Of a DNA stretch of 64,000 nucleotides, positions 43,344 to 54,907 are shown piece after piece. The stretch lies in contig OY729428.2 in assembly GCA_963422375.2 (NCBI GenBank), forward strand, positions 1,312,001 to 1,376,000, read 5' to 3'. The position numbers and the translations under genes were made by a program. The stretch comes from Bryobacterales bacterium (GTDB taxonomy: Bacteria > Acidobacteriota > Terriglobia > Bryobacterales > UBA6623). Under the pieces are notes generated by a model. It saw only the letters and a program-made list of their open reading frames with translations, was not told the origin of the DNA and made no database searches. Within the stretch, counting starts at the first letter, position 1, and every line of letters starts with the position of its first letter.

Positions 43344-45245
43344 CTAGAGCACCCGGCGCAGGTCGCCGTCCCGCAGGGTGACCTTCTGCCGGTCGAAGTG
43401 CTCCAGCAGGGGAATCGCGTATTTCCGGCTGACGCCCGCGAGCGTCTTGAACTCTCCGATGTTGATGCGCCTTCCGCGCAGGGTCGCTAGGCGCTCCCGC
43501 AGCGCCCCGATCGCGCTGCCGTGGAAGACGAGTTCGCGGCTTACGCGAACCAGCACGCCCTCGCGGAGCAGTGCCGCCAGGACGCGCTGCGCCCGCGGCG
43601 CGTCGACCGGAAGCGTCGGCAGGAACTCCTTGAGGGCCGGCACCTGCAGGCCGGCCCGCTCGAACGCTCCCACCAGGCGGTCTCGCGCCTCCTGCTCGTC
43701 CGCCTGCATCCGGATCCTGTGGCGCGCGGCGCGGACGAGCTCGCCGTCCATCGCGACCTGGCCCGCCTCGGCTAGGCGCTTCAGCAGGTCCTCCGCGAAG
43801 AAGTCCGGGGCGTCGCCCAGCTCGCCGCTGCGGATCGCCTCGACCGGAGCGCCTGCCAGCAGGGGATTGGCCTCGTGGAAGCTGGCGAGGGCGTGCATGA
43901 CGCGTTCCTCGGCCCGGCGCGTGCTCGAACGGGCGCAGATCCAGAGGGGTCTCTCGCGGAGTACGCGCACGGAGGGAGTCGCCCGCGCCGTGGCGAGCCA
44001 GGCCGGCTCGAGACGGCCCGTCATCGCGGTCAGCTCGCTTCCCGCGATGCCGTACGGGCGGCCTTCGCACAGCAGCGCCAGCGCTTCGCACCAGTCGCGC
44101 TTCAAAAGCACCTCCAGGAGCGGCCGCCAGGCGTCGTCGCGCCTGTGTCTCGGAGCCTGCGGCCGCAGCACCGTGCCCCCGGCGATGGTAATCAGCGGCG
44201 AGAACTGGCGCAGGATGAACGGCTCCCCGCAAACCGCGACGAGCGGATTGTGGAGACGCAGCTGCAGGAAGGTCTCGCTGCCCGGTTCCACGACGGACTG
44301 GCGACCGCTCGCGCCTAGGACGTAGGCGCGGCCCACCGTCTCCGAGGTCGCGAGGTGAACGTGGACCGGCGCGCCGTGCTTGAGGGGCTTGGCCGTGCCG
44401 AGCAGCTCGACGCGGGCGTCGAACTGCAGCGTGGGGGCCAGCTGGCCGGGCGTCGCGATGCACATGCCGCGGGCCAGATCGGACTTCGAGATCCCGCCGA
44501 CGTTCACCGCGGTGCGCTGGCCCGCCACCGCCTCGGGCACCTGCCGTCCGTGCACCTCGACGCTGCGGACGCGGGCCCGGCGGCCCTCCGGCAGGATCTC
44601 CACCGGATCCTCGACTCGCAGGCGGCCGCTGGTCAGCGTGCCGGTCACGACCGTCCCGAATCCCTTCATCGTGAAGACGCGGTCCACCGGCAGCCGGAGG
44701 AGGCCGTCGGCGCCGCGCGGCTCGACCGCCCGCGCGGCTCTGGCCAAGGCCCGGCGCAGTTCGGGCAGCCCGGCACCCGTGACGCTGCTTACCGGGACCG
44801 CCGGCGCCGTCGCGAGGAACGACCCGGCGACGTACTCATCGACCTCGAGCTTGACCAGCTCCAGGATTTCCTCGTCGACCAGGTCGGACTTGGTCAGGAC
44901 GATGACGCCGTGGCGGATGCCGAGCAGGCGGCAGATCTCGAAGTGCTCGCGCGTCTGCGGCATGACCGACTCGTCGGCCGCGATGACCAGCAGCACCACG
45001 TCGATCCCGCCCACGCCGGCCAGCATGTTCTTGACGAAGCGCTCGTGGCCGGGCACGTCGACGAATCCGAGCCGCAGGCCCGGCTCGAGTTCCAGGCTGG
45101 CGAACCCCAGATCGATGGTGATGCCGCGGCGCTTTTCCTCCTCCCAGCGGTCGGTGTCCGTGCCGGTAAGAGCGCGAACGAGCGATGTCTTGCCGTGATC
45201 GATGTGGCCGCTCGTGCCGATGACGACGTTGCGCCGGGACGCCAT
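43344..45245 (-). CDS. selB: Selenocysteine-specific elongation factor
   Basis: [26 protein letters not shown]-terminal [13 protein letters not shown]. Confidence 0.97.
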   Translation of the reverse strand: MASRRNVVIGTSGHIDHGKTSLVRALTGTDTDRWEEEKRRGITIDLGFASLELEPGLRLGFVDVPGHERFVKNMLAGVGGIDVVLLVIAADESVMPQTREHFEICRLLGIRHGVIVLTKSDLVDEEILELVKLEVDEYVAGSFLATAPAVPVSSVTGAGLPELRRALARAARAVEPRGADGLLRLPVDRVFTMKGFGTVVTGTLTSGRLRVEDPVEILPEGRRARVRSVEVHGRQVPEAVAGQRTAVNVGGISKSDLARGMCIATPGQLAPTLQFDARVELLGTAKPLKHGAPVHVHLATSETVGRAYVLGASGRQSVVEPGSETFLQLRLHNPLVAVCGEPFILRQFSPLITIAGGTVLRPQAPRHRRDDAWRPLLEVLLKRDWCEALALLCEGRPYGIAGSELTAMTGRLEPAWLATARATPSVRVLRERPLWICARSSTRRAEERVMHALASFHEANPLLAGAPVEAIRSGELGDAPDFFAEDLLKRLAEAGQVAMDGELVRAARHRIRMQADEQEARDRLVGAFERAGLQVPALKEFLPTLPVDAPRAQRVLAALLREGVLVRVSRELVFHGSAIGALRERLATLRGRRINIGEFKTLAGVSRKYAIPLLEHFDRQKVTLRDGDLRRVL

Positions 45246-45319
45246 GCGCGCGCTCGGTCCAACTGTACCCCGCGAGCCTCCGACCGCGCATTCGGCAGAA
45301 TGGAGGCGACCTCCTTGCC

Positions 45320-46903
45320 ATGCGGCCGCTTCTCTTGCTCCTCTCCGCGTCGCTCCTTGTCGCGGCCGCCCGGGCGCAGCCGGTGGCGATCGTCAACGAG
45401 CACGGCGGCGTGAGCGTCGAGGTCATCCCCGAGGCGTACGTCAGGGCGTCGCGGTCGGGGTCGCCGGAGTCGAGGGACGGTATCGCGACCAGCAGGTCGC
45501 CGGCGCAGCTCCTGTTCGAGGCCCTGCCCCCGGCGGAAGGGGAGTCCGCCGACATCGAAGTGCGCGTTCCCCTCGGCGTCCCGTATTCGGTCAGGACCCG
45601 GGACGGGGCGATCCGGCTGACCGGGATGGTGCGCCGGGTCAGGATCCAGACGGCTGGCGGGGCGATCAAGCTCGACGTTCCGCTCGAGGTCACCCGCCTG
45701 AACATCCAGACCATGCGCCGCCCGCCCAGCCTCGCGCTGCCCGCCGGGCGCAAGCTGACCTTCCTGGCAGAGACCATCCGCCCGCGCCTGCGGATCTGGA
45801 CGCTTTCGAACTTCCTCCGGTCTCGGGACTTGGCCTACGGAGTGATCGACGGCCGGCTGGATTCACCGGCCGCGATCAGCGTGCGCGACTGGGAGATACC
45901 CCGGTCCTGGCCGGTCAAGCCGCACACCCTCGCCTCTGGAGCCGTGGAGCGCTTGCTGGCAAGCGCCGCGCGCCGGAAGCGGGGCGGGCCGCAACCCGGG
46001 ACCACTCGCCCGACACGGGAAGCGGCAGCGCGTCCGAGCGGATCCGAGAGCGAGGCCCTGTTCACTTCCGAGGTCCGGATGGTCAGCATGAGCGTGGCCG
46101 TCGCCGACAGCGGGGGGCGTCCCCTGACGGGCTTGGCCCGAGAGGCCTTCGTCGTCGAGGAGGACGGACGGCGCCAGGACATCCGCGTGGTCGATCCGGA
46201 CGAATCGCCGTTCAATATGGCCATCCTGCTCGACCTCAGCGGCAGCACTTCCGTGGACTTGGAGCATATGCGCCAGGCGGCCGAGCGGCTCATCGCGATG
46301 GCCGGGCCGAGGGACCGCGTGGCGCTGTACGCGATGTCGGGTAGCATGTTCCGCCGGCTGTCCTCCCTCACCTCGGACCGCGACGCGTTGCTGGAGCGCT
46401 GCGAGAGGCTGCCGTATCCGACGGGAGGCTCGCCGATCTGGGATACCATCGCGCTGGTCTACGACGACGAGCTGGCCCTGCGGTCGGGCGAGCGGAACGC
46501 GGTGGTTGTGATCAGCGACGGAATCGACAACCGGATCAGCGGCCAGTCGGTGCCGTCCAACCTGCGGGCCCGGCGCCTGACGCAGGCGGCTGGAGAGATG
46601 GATGCGCGGATCTACCCGATCTTCCTGCTGTCCGGCGAGCGCTTCGGTCGCGGGTGGTCCGCGCGGGCGCGGACGCGCATGGAGGCGCTGGCCCAGAGGA
46701 CGGGCGGCCGGCTCTTCGCGGCGCGGTCGGTGGCGGATATCGAGCCCGTGCTGCCCGCCTTGGCGCGGGAAATGCGCAGCGTGTACGAGATCGCCTACTA
46801 TCCCGCGAATCAGGACTTCGACGGGACGTGGCGGCGCGTGCGCATCAAGGTGGAGCTGCCCGGAGCGCAGGTCCGGGCGCGTCCGGGTTATTTCGCGGAC
46901 TAG
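45320..46903 (+). CDS. VWA-domain protein (acidobacterial type)
   Basis: DLSGS MIDAS, ISDGID, TGGRLF, VRARPGYF; signal peptide. Confidence 0.88.
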   Translation: MRPLLLLLSASLLVAAARAQPVAIVNEHGGVSVEVIPEAYVRASRSGSPESRDGIATSRSPAQLLFEALPPAEGESADIEVRVPLGVPYSVRTRDGAIRLTGMVRRVRIQTAGGAIKLDVPLEVTRLNIQTMRRPPSLALPAGRKLTFLAETIRPRLRIWTLSNFLRSRDLAYGVIDGRLDSPAAISVRDWEIPRSWPVKPHTLASGAVERLLASAARRKRGGPQPGTTRPTREAAARPSGSESEALFTSEVRMVSMSVAVADSGGRPLTGLAREAFVVEEDGRRQDIRVVDPDESPFNMAILLDLSGSTSVDLEHMRQAAERLIAMAGPRDRVALYAMSGSMFRRLSSLTSDRDALLERCERLPYPTGGSPIWDTIALVYDDELALRSGERNAVVVISDGIDNRISGQSVPSNLRARRLTQAAGEMDARIYPIFLLSGERFGRGWSARARTRMEALAQRTGGRLFAARSVADIEPVLPALAREMRSVYEIAYYPANQDFDGTWRRVRIKVELPGAQVRARPGYFAD

Positions 46904-46988
46904 ATCCGATGCATCCCTGCGAGGCTGCCGCTCGCGGCCCCCACGCAACCGCCGCGAATTGCGCTTCGCTCGGATTCCGGCCCGGCGC

Positions 46989-47423
46989 TCAGCCTGCGTG
47001 CTCGTGCTGCGCCCGGAGGGCCCTCGAGAGTTCCGGGCTGGCGTACGAGAACGACTGGGGCGGCGCGAACCCGAACCGCTCTCGCAATTCGGGGAGACCG
47101 AGAGCGGGGTGCAGGCGCCTCGGGTCCGCCAGCCTGATCGCGACGCCTTGGTCCGTTCCCGCGAAGTAGGCGTCGAACCCGCTCCGGCCGACACGCGCCG
47201 CCCGGGAGAATCTCTCCCAGATCTCGGGAACCGGCGCCACGATCACTTCGGAGACGACCGCGCTTCCGACGACCGCCTTGACTGGCGAGGTCGCGTAGAA
47301 GTGGATCGCCGCGCTTCCCAGCGGCAGGCGCGGGAATCGCCTTCTGAGTTCCACTGTCTTCGCGCCCGAGAGAATCCATTCCGAGAACTCCGGATGGACG
47401 CTGAGGACGATCTCGCGGGCCAT
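46989..47423 (-). CDS. ASCH domain protein
   Basis: LSVHPEF..ILSGAKTVELRR, YATSPVKAVVG, PPQSFSY. Confidence 0.85.
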   Translation of the reverse strand: MAREIVLSVHPEFSEWILSGAKTVELRRRFPRLPLGSAAIHFYATSPVKAVVGSAVVSEVIVAPVPEIWERFSRAARVGRSGFDAYFAGTDQGVAIRLADPRRLHPALGLPELRERFGFAPPQSFSYASPELSRALRAQHEHAG

Positions 47424-47708
47424 GACGCGCCTGCTGTGGCCGGAGGCCTGCCGGCGCGCCCGGGCGCGTCGGGTCGCTGAAAGTCGGCCTCGCTTCGAGT
47501 CTAGCGTTCGAAGCGCGCCCGCGGCGGAAGTCGTCGTGGCAGAGCCCTCGCGTCGGTCCTGCCTGCGGGCAGCCCGCCTCCCGGTCCTCGCGTGCCTCGC
47601 CGGAACCTCGCCTTCGGCCAATTCCCGTGCTCCCGGCCGAGTCGTTCGCAGCTCCGGGCCCGCGCGCGGCGCCGGTATCGAGCCGCGGTCTGCTAGATTG
47701 GCCGAGCG

Positions 47709-48638
47709 ATGCACCTCAGCAGGCGCGACTTCATCCATGCCGGCCTCACCGCCGCGACAGCTGCGACGGCTCCGAACTGCCAGGCGGCGAAGCGGAAGTT
47801 CACGATGGCGTTCGTGCCCGGCAGCATCGGCATCGAGGCCGACCAAGGCCGCGCGATCGAACTGGCCGCTCGCCACGGTTTCGAGTCCGTGGAGCCCTTC
47901 GGCCCGCAGCTGCTCGCCGATGGCAGCGCTCGCCACGTGGATGCACTGCAGGCGAGCGGTCTCCGGTGGGCCGCGGCCCGCCTGACCGTCAGCCTCCGGG
48001 CCGACGAAGCCACCTACGCCTCCGGCCTCCGGGGGCTGCCCGCGGTCGCGGCGGCCCTGAAGCAAGCCGGCGTGGCGCGAGTGGGCACGGCCGTCTCCTC
48101 GTACAGCGATACGTTGAACTACCTGGACAACTTCAAGCTGCACACCCGCAGGCTGCAAGAGGTCGGCTCGGTACTGGACGACCATGGCCTGCGGCTAGGT
48201 CTGGAGTACTTGGGCACGAAGCGGCTCTGGACGGCGCGCCGGCACGCCTTCGTGCATTCGATGGCCGAATGCCGGCAGCTGATCGCAGCTGCGGGAAAGC
48301 CCAACATCGGTGTGGTCATCGACAGTTGGCACTGGTGGACCGCCCGCGAGACGATCGACGACATCACCGCGCTGTCGAACGACGACGTCGTGGCGGCCGA
48401 CCTGAACGACGCCCCGTCCGGGATCGAGCGCGAGGGCCAGTACGACAACCGGCGGGAGCTGCCGGGCGCGACCGGAATGATCGACGCGAAGGGATTCCTG
48501 AACGCCCTGGTGGACATCGGGTTCGACGGGCCCATCCGGGCCGAGCCGTTCAACCGGCGGCTGGACGAGATGGACGACGATCTCGCGAGCCAGACCACGG
48601 CGGCCGCCATGCGGAGGGCGTTCGCTCTGGCGGGGTAG
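47709..48638 (+). CDS. Tat-exported sugar phosphate isomerase/epimerase
   Basis: SRRDFI; GLEY, DSWHW, GFDGPIRAEPF. Confidence 0.88.
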   Translation: MHLSRRDFIHAGLTAATAATAPNCQAAKRKFTMAFVPGSIGIEADQGRAIELAARHGFESVEPFGPQLLADGSARHVDALQASGLRWAAARLTVSLRADEATYASGLRGLPAVAAALKQAGVARVGTAVSSYSDTLNYLDNFKLHTRRLQEVGSVLDDHGLRLGLEYLGTKRLWTARRHAFVHSMAECRQLIAAAGKPNIGVVIDSWHWWTARETIDDITALSNDDVVAADLNDAPSGIEREGQYDNRRELPGATGMIDAKGFLNALVDIGFDGPIRAEPFNRRLDEMDDDLASQTTAAAMRRAFALAG

Positions 48639-48790
48639 GGCAGCGCGAGAGCGTCCCGGGCGGGATGACTGACATCGGGGCCGGCCCGGACTGCGAAGTC
48701 ACGTCGGCGAGCCGGCTCGAGCGGCCGGCCCGGGACGCTAGCGGACGCCGGGAAGCGACCGGCACGATTCGTCCTTCAAGGCAGCGATTC

Positions 48791-49746
48791 TCAATTTGGG
48801 CATTTTGGGATTTCCAGAGTGTCCCGCTGCTGGATTCTCTGGAGGTTCCCGCGGATCGAGCGGACGATCTCGAGCGTGTTGGCGCCGGGCTGCCTGTAGA
48901 TCGGAATGTAGACCTGTCGCCGGCCGTTGATGCGGACGACGTTGGTCTGGATCTGGCTCGAGTCGCGGACCTCGGCCACGTCCCGCACGAGCACCGGCAC
49001 GCCGTCGCGCACCGCGGCCGGCATGGCGTTCAGCTCGTCCACGGCCGCAGGCATGGAGTTGGCCAGGATCTGGTAGTCCAGGTTGCCGGCCTTGAGGTTG
49101 CCTGCCGGGATGAATACGCTCTGCCGCTTGAGCGCCCGCACGACATCCATGGGCCCGAGACCGCGGGACTGCAGCCGCATGCGGTCCACGTACGCCAGGA
49201 TGCGTCGCAGCTTGCCGCCGTAGACCGCGGGCGCGATGACCCCCTGGATGGATTGCAGCCGGTTTCGCAGCTCGAAGTAGGCGATGTCGTAGAGCTCCTT
49301 CTCGTTCATCGCGGGGCTGGAGACGCTCACGAGGCAGAGCGGGACGGAGGCCGTGGGGTCGAACGGCATCACCATCGGCGGGATAGTGCCCGGCGGGAGA
49401 TAGAACATGTCGCTGACGGCGTACGAGGTGACTTGGCTCATGGCCGTCTCGAGACTGATGCCCCGCGGAAGAAATCCTTGACCACGCAGACGCCCAGCAT
49501 GGCCTTGGCCTCCTGGTGCTCGATCCCTGCCGACTGGCCGGTCCAGCGCTCGAGGCGGCTCGTGATGTCCCGCTCCATCACCTCGGGCGGCATGCCGGGA
49601 TAGAACGTCACGATCTGGACGGCCGGGGTCTCGAAGATCGGCAGCAGGTCCGCCGGCAGCCGCTGGAGCGAGGCGATGCCGAGCACCACCGTGGCCAGCG
49701 CCGCGACGCCGACGGCGTAGGGATTCCTCAAGGCGAATCGGATCAT
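48791..49746 (-). pseudogene. RND efflux permease remnant (frameshift near 49467, truncated)
   Basis: MIRFALRNPYAV..., VRINGRRQVYIPIYRQPGANT; only about 310 codons. Confidence 0.85.
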
Positions 49747-50006
49747 GGACGACTCCCGCGAGCGGGGAACCCCGGCTCGGCCGTCCGGCGGGCTGGTCCT
49801 GGCCCGTCGCGGCGTCTCGGGCATCCAGCATACCCGCCGTCGCAGGGACGCGACAGCGTCCCTCCGGAACGCGTCCGAGCGGCCGCTCGCGCCGATCTCG
49901 ACAGCGCCGGTCGGCCGCGGGCGAATGCGGACGGGCGGGCGATGCCGCGCCCGTCCCGATGCCCCGCCGCGGCGAAATCGCGGTAGACTGCTCGCGGGAG
50001 GTCCGC

Positions 50007-51149
50007 ATGACGAGCGAGCGACAGTCGGGATTCTCGAGACGCAATCTGGTGCAGGCGGCGGCCGTCGTGCCGTTCGCCGCTATACGCGGGTCGGCTGCCA
50101 ACTCGAAGGTGCGCGTCGGGCTGCTAGGTGCAGGGGGCCGGGGCACGCGGCTGGCCGGCTTCGTCACGCAGGTCCCCCAAGCCGAGCTGGTCGCGATCTG
50201 CGACCTCTTCGACGAGCGCATCGAGCGGGTGAAGGGCTTGCTCCCCGACGCCAGCCCGAAGGCCTACAAGGACTTCCGCGCGATGCTCGCGAGCGATATC
50301 GACGCCGTGATCGTCGCAACACCGGTCTTCCTGCATCCCGAGCACCTCGAAGCGGCGGTGGCAGCAGGGAAGCACGTCTACCTTGAGAAGCCCGCGGGCG
50401 TCGACGTCGCCGGCTGCAAGCGCGTCATGAAGGCCGCCGACTCGGCGTCCCCGGGACTGAACGTGTCCATCGGCTTCCAGCAGCGCTACGGCTGGACCTA
50501 CGCGCGGGCCCGGCGCGTCTTGGACGCGGGTCTGATCGGTGCCGTCCGGCAAGCGGAGGCGCACTTCCTGAAGGGGCCGGTGACCGGCCGCGAGCCCGTC
50601 AGGCCGCGCCCCGTGACGATCATCGACAAGGTGCGCGAGTGGAAGCATTGGCGCGACCTCTACGGGGACATCATCGTCGAGACGTACTGCCACTCCATCG
50701 ATGTCCTCAACTGGTTCCTCGGCGACCGGCATCCGTTGCGAGCCGTCGCGGGCGGAGGGCGGACGATTCGCAGGGACGGCGACATGTCGGACCACGTGAC
50801 GGTCGCGTACGAATACCCCGACAGCATCCAGGCGACTCTCGTGGGGTCGCATATCACGCCGCCGTTCTTCCGCGAAGTTCACGAGCGGTTCTACGGGGCG
50901 GAAGGCGTGATCGAGACGGCCCGTCACTACTGGCAGCACTACCGCGATCGCGACGACGTGCTACGCGAGGAGCCCGAAAGGAACGTCGATCATGATTCGG
51001 TCGAGGCGTTCATCCTGCGGGTGGCGGAAGGCCGGGCGGAGAACGTCGGTATTCGGGGTGCCGAGAGCACCCTGACCGCGATCCTCGGTCGGATGGCCAT
51101 GGATCTCGGCCGGGCCGTCACTTGGGAAGAGATGATGCGGCCGGCGTGA
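50007..51149 (+). CDS. Tat-exported Gfo/Idh/MocA oxidoreductase
   Basis: SRRNL; GAGGRG, GKHVYLEKP. Confidence 0.92.
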   Translation: MTSERQSGFSRRNLVQAAAVVPFAAIRGSAANSKVRVGLLGAGGRGTRLAGFVTQVPQAELVAICDLFDERIERVKGLLPDASPKAYKDFRAMLASDIDAVIVATPVFLHPEHLEAAVAAGKHVYLEKPAGVDVAGCKRVMKAADSASPGLNVSIGFQQRYGWTYARARRVLDAGLIGAVRQAEAHFLKGPVTGREPVRPRPVTIIDKVREWKHWRDLYGDIIVETYCHSIDVLNWFLGDRHPLRAVAGGGRTIRRDGDMSDHVTVAYEYPDSIQATLVGSHITPPFFREVHERFYGAEGVIETARHYWQHYRDRDDVLREEPERNVDHDSVEAFILRVAEGRAENVGIRGAESTLTAILGRMAMDLGRAVTWEEMMRPA

Positions 51150-51169
51150 CGCGCGCCCGGGGCAACAGT

Positions 51170-51829
51170 ATGGGGCGGGCATGGCGACGCTTCGGCGCGG
51201 CGCTGCTGGTGGCGGCGCTGCCGGGCTGGGCCGCCCCCAACCGCCTCGCCGACGCGGAGCGCGCCGAGGGCTTCGTCCTGCTGTTTGACGGGGAGAGCTT
51301 GGTCGGGTGGGACGGCGATCCGCATCTCTGGACGGTCCGGGACGGAGCGATCGTCGGCTCGAGCGACGGCCGCGAGGTCAAGGCGAACACTTTTCTCGTC
51401 TACGAGACGCCGCACTCCGATTTCGTCCTGCGTCTCGAGGTTCGCTTGCGGAACGGAAACAGCGGGATCCAGTTTCGCAGCAGGCGCGTCTCGGGGCCCG
51501 GCTGGATCGTGCACGGATACCAAGCCGACTTGTCCGATGCCGGTGACCGTTCGGCCTGGGGCAACTTCTACGAGGAGAAGGGCCGCGGCCGCGGCTTGAT
51601 GGCGACGGCGGACGAGGGCTGGCGGCGGGCCCGGGGCGTGGTCCGGCACCGCGGCTGGAACAGCTACGAGATCCGCGCCGAGGGAGAGGGGGTGCGGCTC
51701 ACGCTCAACGGAACCGTCACCTTCGACGGCACCGACGACCGCTCCGCGAGGGGCGTCATCGCCATCCAGCTGCACTCCGGTCCCGCCATGCAGGTGGAGT
51801 GCCGCAGCATCCGGATCAAGCCCCTGTGA
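51170..51829 (+). CDS. DUF1080 (3-keto-disaccharide hydrolase-like) protein
   Basis: LFDGESLVGW, NSGIQFR, GVIAIQLH. Confidence 0.9.
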   Translation: MGRAWRRFGAALLVAALPGWAAPNRLADAERAEGFVLLFDGESLVGWDGDPHLWTVRDGAIVGSSDGREVKANTFLVYETPHSDFVLRLEVRLRNGNSGIQFRSRRVSGPGWIVHGYQADLSDAGDRSAWGNFYEEKGRGRGLMATADEGWRRARGVVRHRGWNSYEIRAEGEGVRLTLNGTVTFDGTDDRSARGVIAIQLHSGPAMQVECRSIRIKPL

Positions 51830-52031
51830 GAAGCGCCGGATTCGCGAGGTCCGCGGGCCGTCGGCGGCTGCGTCCTCGCGGCAACCCTTCGAACTCGAGC
51901 GCATCGACGCCGGGACCCGCGTTGGCCCCGGCGCGCTGACGGACTACCTCGCCTCGTCCGGAAGCGGGTCCCGGACCGATGCTTGCCGCGTAACTTCCTC
52001 CGTTTCAAGCTGCTATTCTGCGAGGCGATTC

Positions 52032-53447
52032 ATGCGGTTCGTTGCCAGCCTGCTGCTCGCGCTTCCGCTGGCGGCCGCCCCGCGGCCGAACGTAGTCCTC
52101 GTGCTGGCCGACGACCAGGGCTGGGGCGAGACCGGCTACAACGGCCATCCGCACGTCAGGACGCCGACCCTTGACGAGATGGCGGCTTCCGGCCTGCGCT
52201 TCGACCGCTTCTACGCTGCCGCGCCCAACTGCTCGCCCACGCGCGCCTCGATCCTCACGGGCCGCCACCCGAACCGGTCCGGCGTGTTCGCGCCGAATCA
52301 TTCGACTCGCCCCGAAGAGATCGGCATCGCCCGGATTCTGCGGGATGCCGGCTACCGCGCGGGCCACTTCGGCAAGTGGCACGTCGGCGCGGTCAAGGCC
52401 GCCTCGCCAACCAATCCGGCCCGCATGGGATACGAGGAGTACCTCGCGCACGACAATTTCTTCGAGCTCGACCCTCCCCTGAGCCGCAACGGCGGCCCTC
52501 CCGAGACCGTGCGCGGAGAAGGCTCGGAGATCTGCGTCGACGCCGCCATCGAGTTCCTCGAGAGGGTTCGCGCGGAGGGACCGGATCCGTTTTTCGTCAC
52601 TCTGTGGTTCGGCTCGCCCCACAGTCCCTACCGGGCGCTGCCGGAGGATCTCGCGCTCTACCCAGACGTGCCCGGGGCCGAGCTGGCCGGCCGCTTCGCC
52701 GAGATTACGGCCATGGATCGTGTGCTCGGTCGATTCCGGCGCTGGCTGCGCGACGCCGCAGTCGCGTCGAACACGCTGCTCTGGTTCGCGTCCGACAACG
52801 GCATCACGGTCGAGGGTATCCCGGAGGAGCAGCGCCCGGGCTTGTACAACGGCGGCTGGCGCGGGCACAAGGGGGCGCTGTACGAGGGCGGGATCCGCGT
52901 TCCGGCCATCGTGGAATGGCCGGCGGCAGTCGGCGCGCCGCGACGGACCTCCGTCCCGTCCGTCACCACGGATATCTTCGTCACCCTGCTCGCGATTCTG
53001 GAGCTTGACCACCCCGACCCGGACCGTCCGCTGGACGGCTTGGATCTGTCCCCGCTGATTCTGGACGGGACCATGAAGCAGCGCCCTCGGCCGGTCGGAT
53101 TCTGGCGCTACGCCAGGCGGTCGGAGACGGGGAACCCGCGCTGGATGCCGGCCGACCTGACCAAGGGCACGACTCCGACCACGCGCAATCCCGGGATCGA
53201 CTTCGTGAACTTCCGGCACCCAGAGCCCCGGACCGCCGACTTCGGAGGCGTCGCGGCGTGGATGGACAACCGCTTCAAGCTGCTTCGCCGGGACAGCGAC
53301 GCGCCGGAACTCTATGACCTGCTCGCGGATCCGTTGGAGCGCACCGACATCGCCGGGGCGTTCCCAAGCCGCGTCGAGGCCATGCTCGGCCAGCTGCAAG
53401 ACTGGCAGCGGTCGGTCGAGCGAAGCTTGGCCGGGCAGGATTACTGA
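52032..53447 (+). CDS. Formylglycine-dependent sulfatase
   Basis: ADDQGW, CSPTRASILTGR, GKWH, SDNG. Confidence 0.95.
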   Translation: MRFVASLLLALPLAAAPRPNVVLVLADDQGWGETGYNGHPHVRTPTLDEMAASGLRFDRFYAAAPNCSPTRASILTGRHPNRSGVFAPNHSTRPEEIGIARILRDAGYRAGHFGKWHVGAVKAASPTNPARMGYEEYLAHDNFFELDPPLSRNGGPPETVRGEGSEICVDAAIEFLERVRAEGPDPFFVTLWFGSPHSPYRALPEDLALYPDVPGAELAGRFAEITAMDRVLGRFRRWLRDAAVASNTLLWFASDNGITVEGIPEEQRPGLYNGGWRGHKGALYEGGIRVPAIVEWPAAVGAPRRTSVPSVTTDIFVTLLAILELDHPDPDRPLDGLDLSPLILDGTMKQRPRPVGFWRYARRSETGNPRWMPADLTKGTTPTTRNPGIDFVNFRHPEPRTADFGGVAAWMDNRFKLLRRDSDAPELYDLLADPLERTDIAGAFPSRVEAMLGQLQDWQRSVERSLAGQDY

Positions 53448-53531
53448 CTCCCGTCCGACAGGCGGTCGCCGCGGCCGCGACGGCGGTTGCGGCGGGGAAG
53501 CGGCGGCCTGGCCCCGCAGCCGCGCGGCTGG

Positions 53532-54827
53532 TCAGGCGGTCGGCAGGACCCACGGGCGGCGGTACTCCCGCCCGAGCAGGGCGTTGGCTTCCGCGTCGTC
53601 TCCGAAATCCTCGCGGACCGCGTCGAAGCGCAGTTTGCGGTCCGTCCTCCAGGCGATGTTGCCGAGGTGGATCAGCCCGGAAGCGCAGTGACCGATCTCG
53701 ATGTCGCACGCCGGGCGCTTCGAGTCGCGGATCGCGGCCAGCATGTCCAGCTTGTGCCGTGCGTCGTCGTCGGACTTGGCGCTCGCTCCCGCCGTCACCA
53801 CCTCGCCCCGCTCGTCGAAGGCTCGCCAGCTCCCGTTGCCGATGACCACGTAGCCGTTCTCGCCGTAGACCGCCGCGCCCTCGGCCTCGCCGTCCATGGT
53901 GGTCGGCTGCCAGTTGCGCATCTCGTACATCAGCGTCGCGGCCGGGTAGTCCCAAGTCACGACCAGCGTGTCGGGCCATTCCTGCGCGTCGTCGAAGAAG
54001 TGCTTGCCGCCCGAGGCGGCGACCGCGGTCGGCCAGCTCGGCAGGGTCCTGCCCATGGCCTCGAAGGCGGCCGCCAAGCCGCGCCGGGCGTAGTCGACTC
54101 GGTGAACCCCGTCGTTGCCGAGGTCTCCGGTCCCGTAGTCGAAGAACCAACGCCAGCTCCCGTGGAACCGGTTCCGGTTGAAGGGCCGCTTCGGCGCGGG
54201 CCCCAGCCACATGTCGTAGTCAACTCCCGCGGGCGCGGGCTCGTCAGGCGGATAGCCGATGCCCCGCTGTCGCGCGCTCTCCCAGCCCTTGGCGAAGGCG
54301 ACCTTGCCCAGAGCCCCGCTGCGGATATAGGCGCAAGCCTCCTCGTAGTTCCGCCCGCTGCGCGACTGAATTCCGACCTGCACGACCCGGTCGTGCCTGC
54401 GGGCGGCGTCGAGCATCGCCCGGCCCTCGGCGATGTTGTGCCCCGCAGGCTTCTCCACGTACACGTGCTTGCCCGCCTGGCAGGCCAGCACGGTCGGAAT
54501 CGCGTGCCAGTGGGTCGGGGCGCCGATCGCCAGCGCGTCGACGTCCGGATCCTCGAGGACGCGCCGGAAGTCGGTCTCCGTGCCGGGCGGATGGCCTTGG
54601 CGCGCCTCGACCGAAGCAACCGCGTCGTTGAACAGGCGCCGGTCGACGTCGCAGATCGTCTTGACGCGGACGGACGGCAGCTCGGCGAACCCGTGCAGGA
54701 TCTGCCGGCCGCGACCGCGGAAGCCCATCATCGCGATCGTGAAGCGCTCGTTCGGGCTGCCCGCGCCCAGCATCGCCGGCGCGACCGCTCCGGCCGCCGT
54801 CGCCAGGAATGCGCGTCGCGTCTGCAT
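53532..54827 (-). CDS. Tat-exported Gfo/Idh/MocA oxidoreductase
   Basis: TRRAFL; GKHVYVEKP, WLGPAP; start reassigned to ATG 54827. Confidence 0.92.
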   Translation of the reverse strand: MQTRRAFLATAAGAVAPAMLGAGSPNERFTIAMMGFRGRGRQILHGFAELPSVRVKTICDVDRRLFNDAVASVEARQGHPPGTETDFRRVLEDPDVDALAIGAPTHWHAIPTVLACQAGKHVYVEKPAGHNIAEGRAMLDAARRHDRVVQVGIQSRSGRNYEEACAYIRSGALGKVAFAKGWESARQRGIGYPPDEPAPAGVDYDMWLGPAPKRPFNRNRFHGSWRWFFDYGTGDLGNDGVHRVDYARRGLAAAFEAMGRTLPSWPTAVAASGGKHFFDDAQEWPDTLVVTWDYPAATLMYEMRNWQPTTMDGEAEGAAVYGENGYVVIGNGSWRAFDERGEVVTAGASAKSDDDARHKLDMLAAIRDSKRPACDIEIGHCASGLIHLGNIAWRTDRKLRFDAVREDFGDDAEANALLGREYRRPWVLPTA

Positions 54828-54907
54828 CGGCGAGTCTCCGGCTGCCACTGTACCGCGATTCCGCGAACCGCGGCCGCCCTCGCCTCGAGCGCCGAGGCCG
54901 CTCGCTC

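Noticed and set aside
43250..47700. tRNA-Sec, selA or selenoproteins near selB
   Set aside because: None recognised by eye
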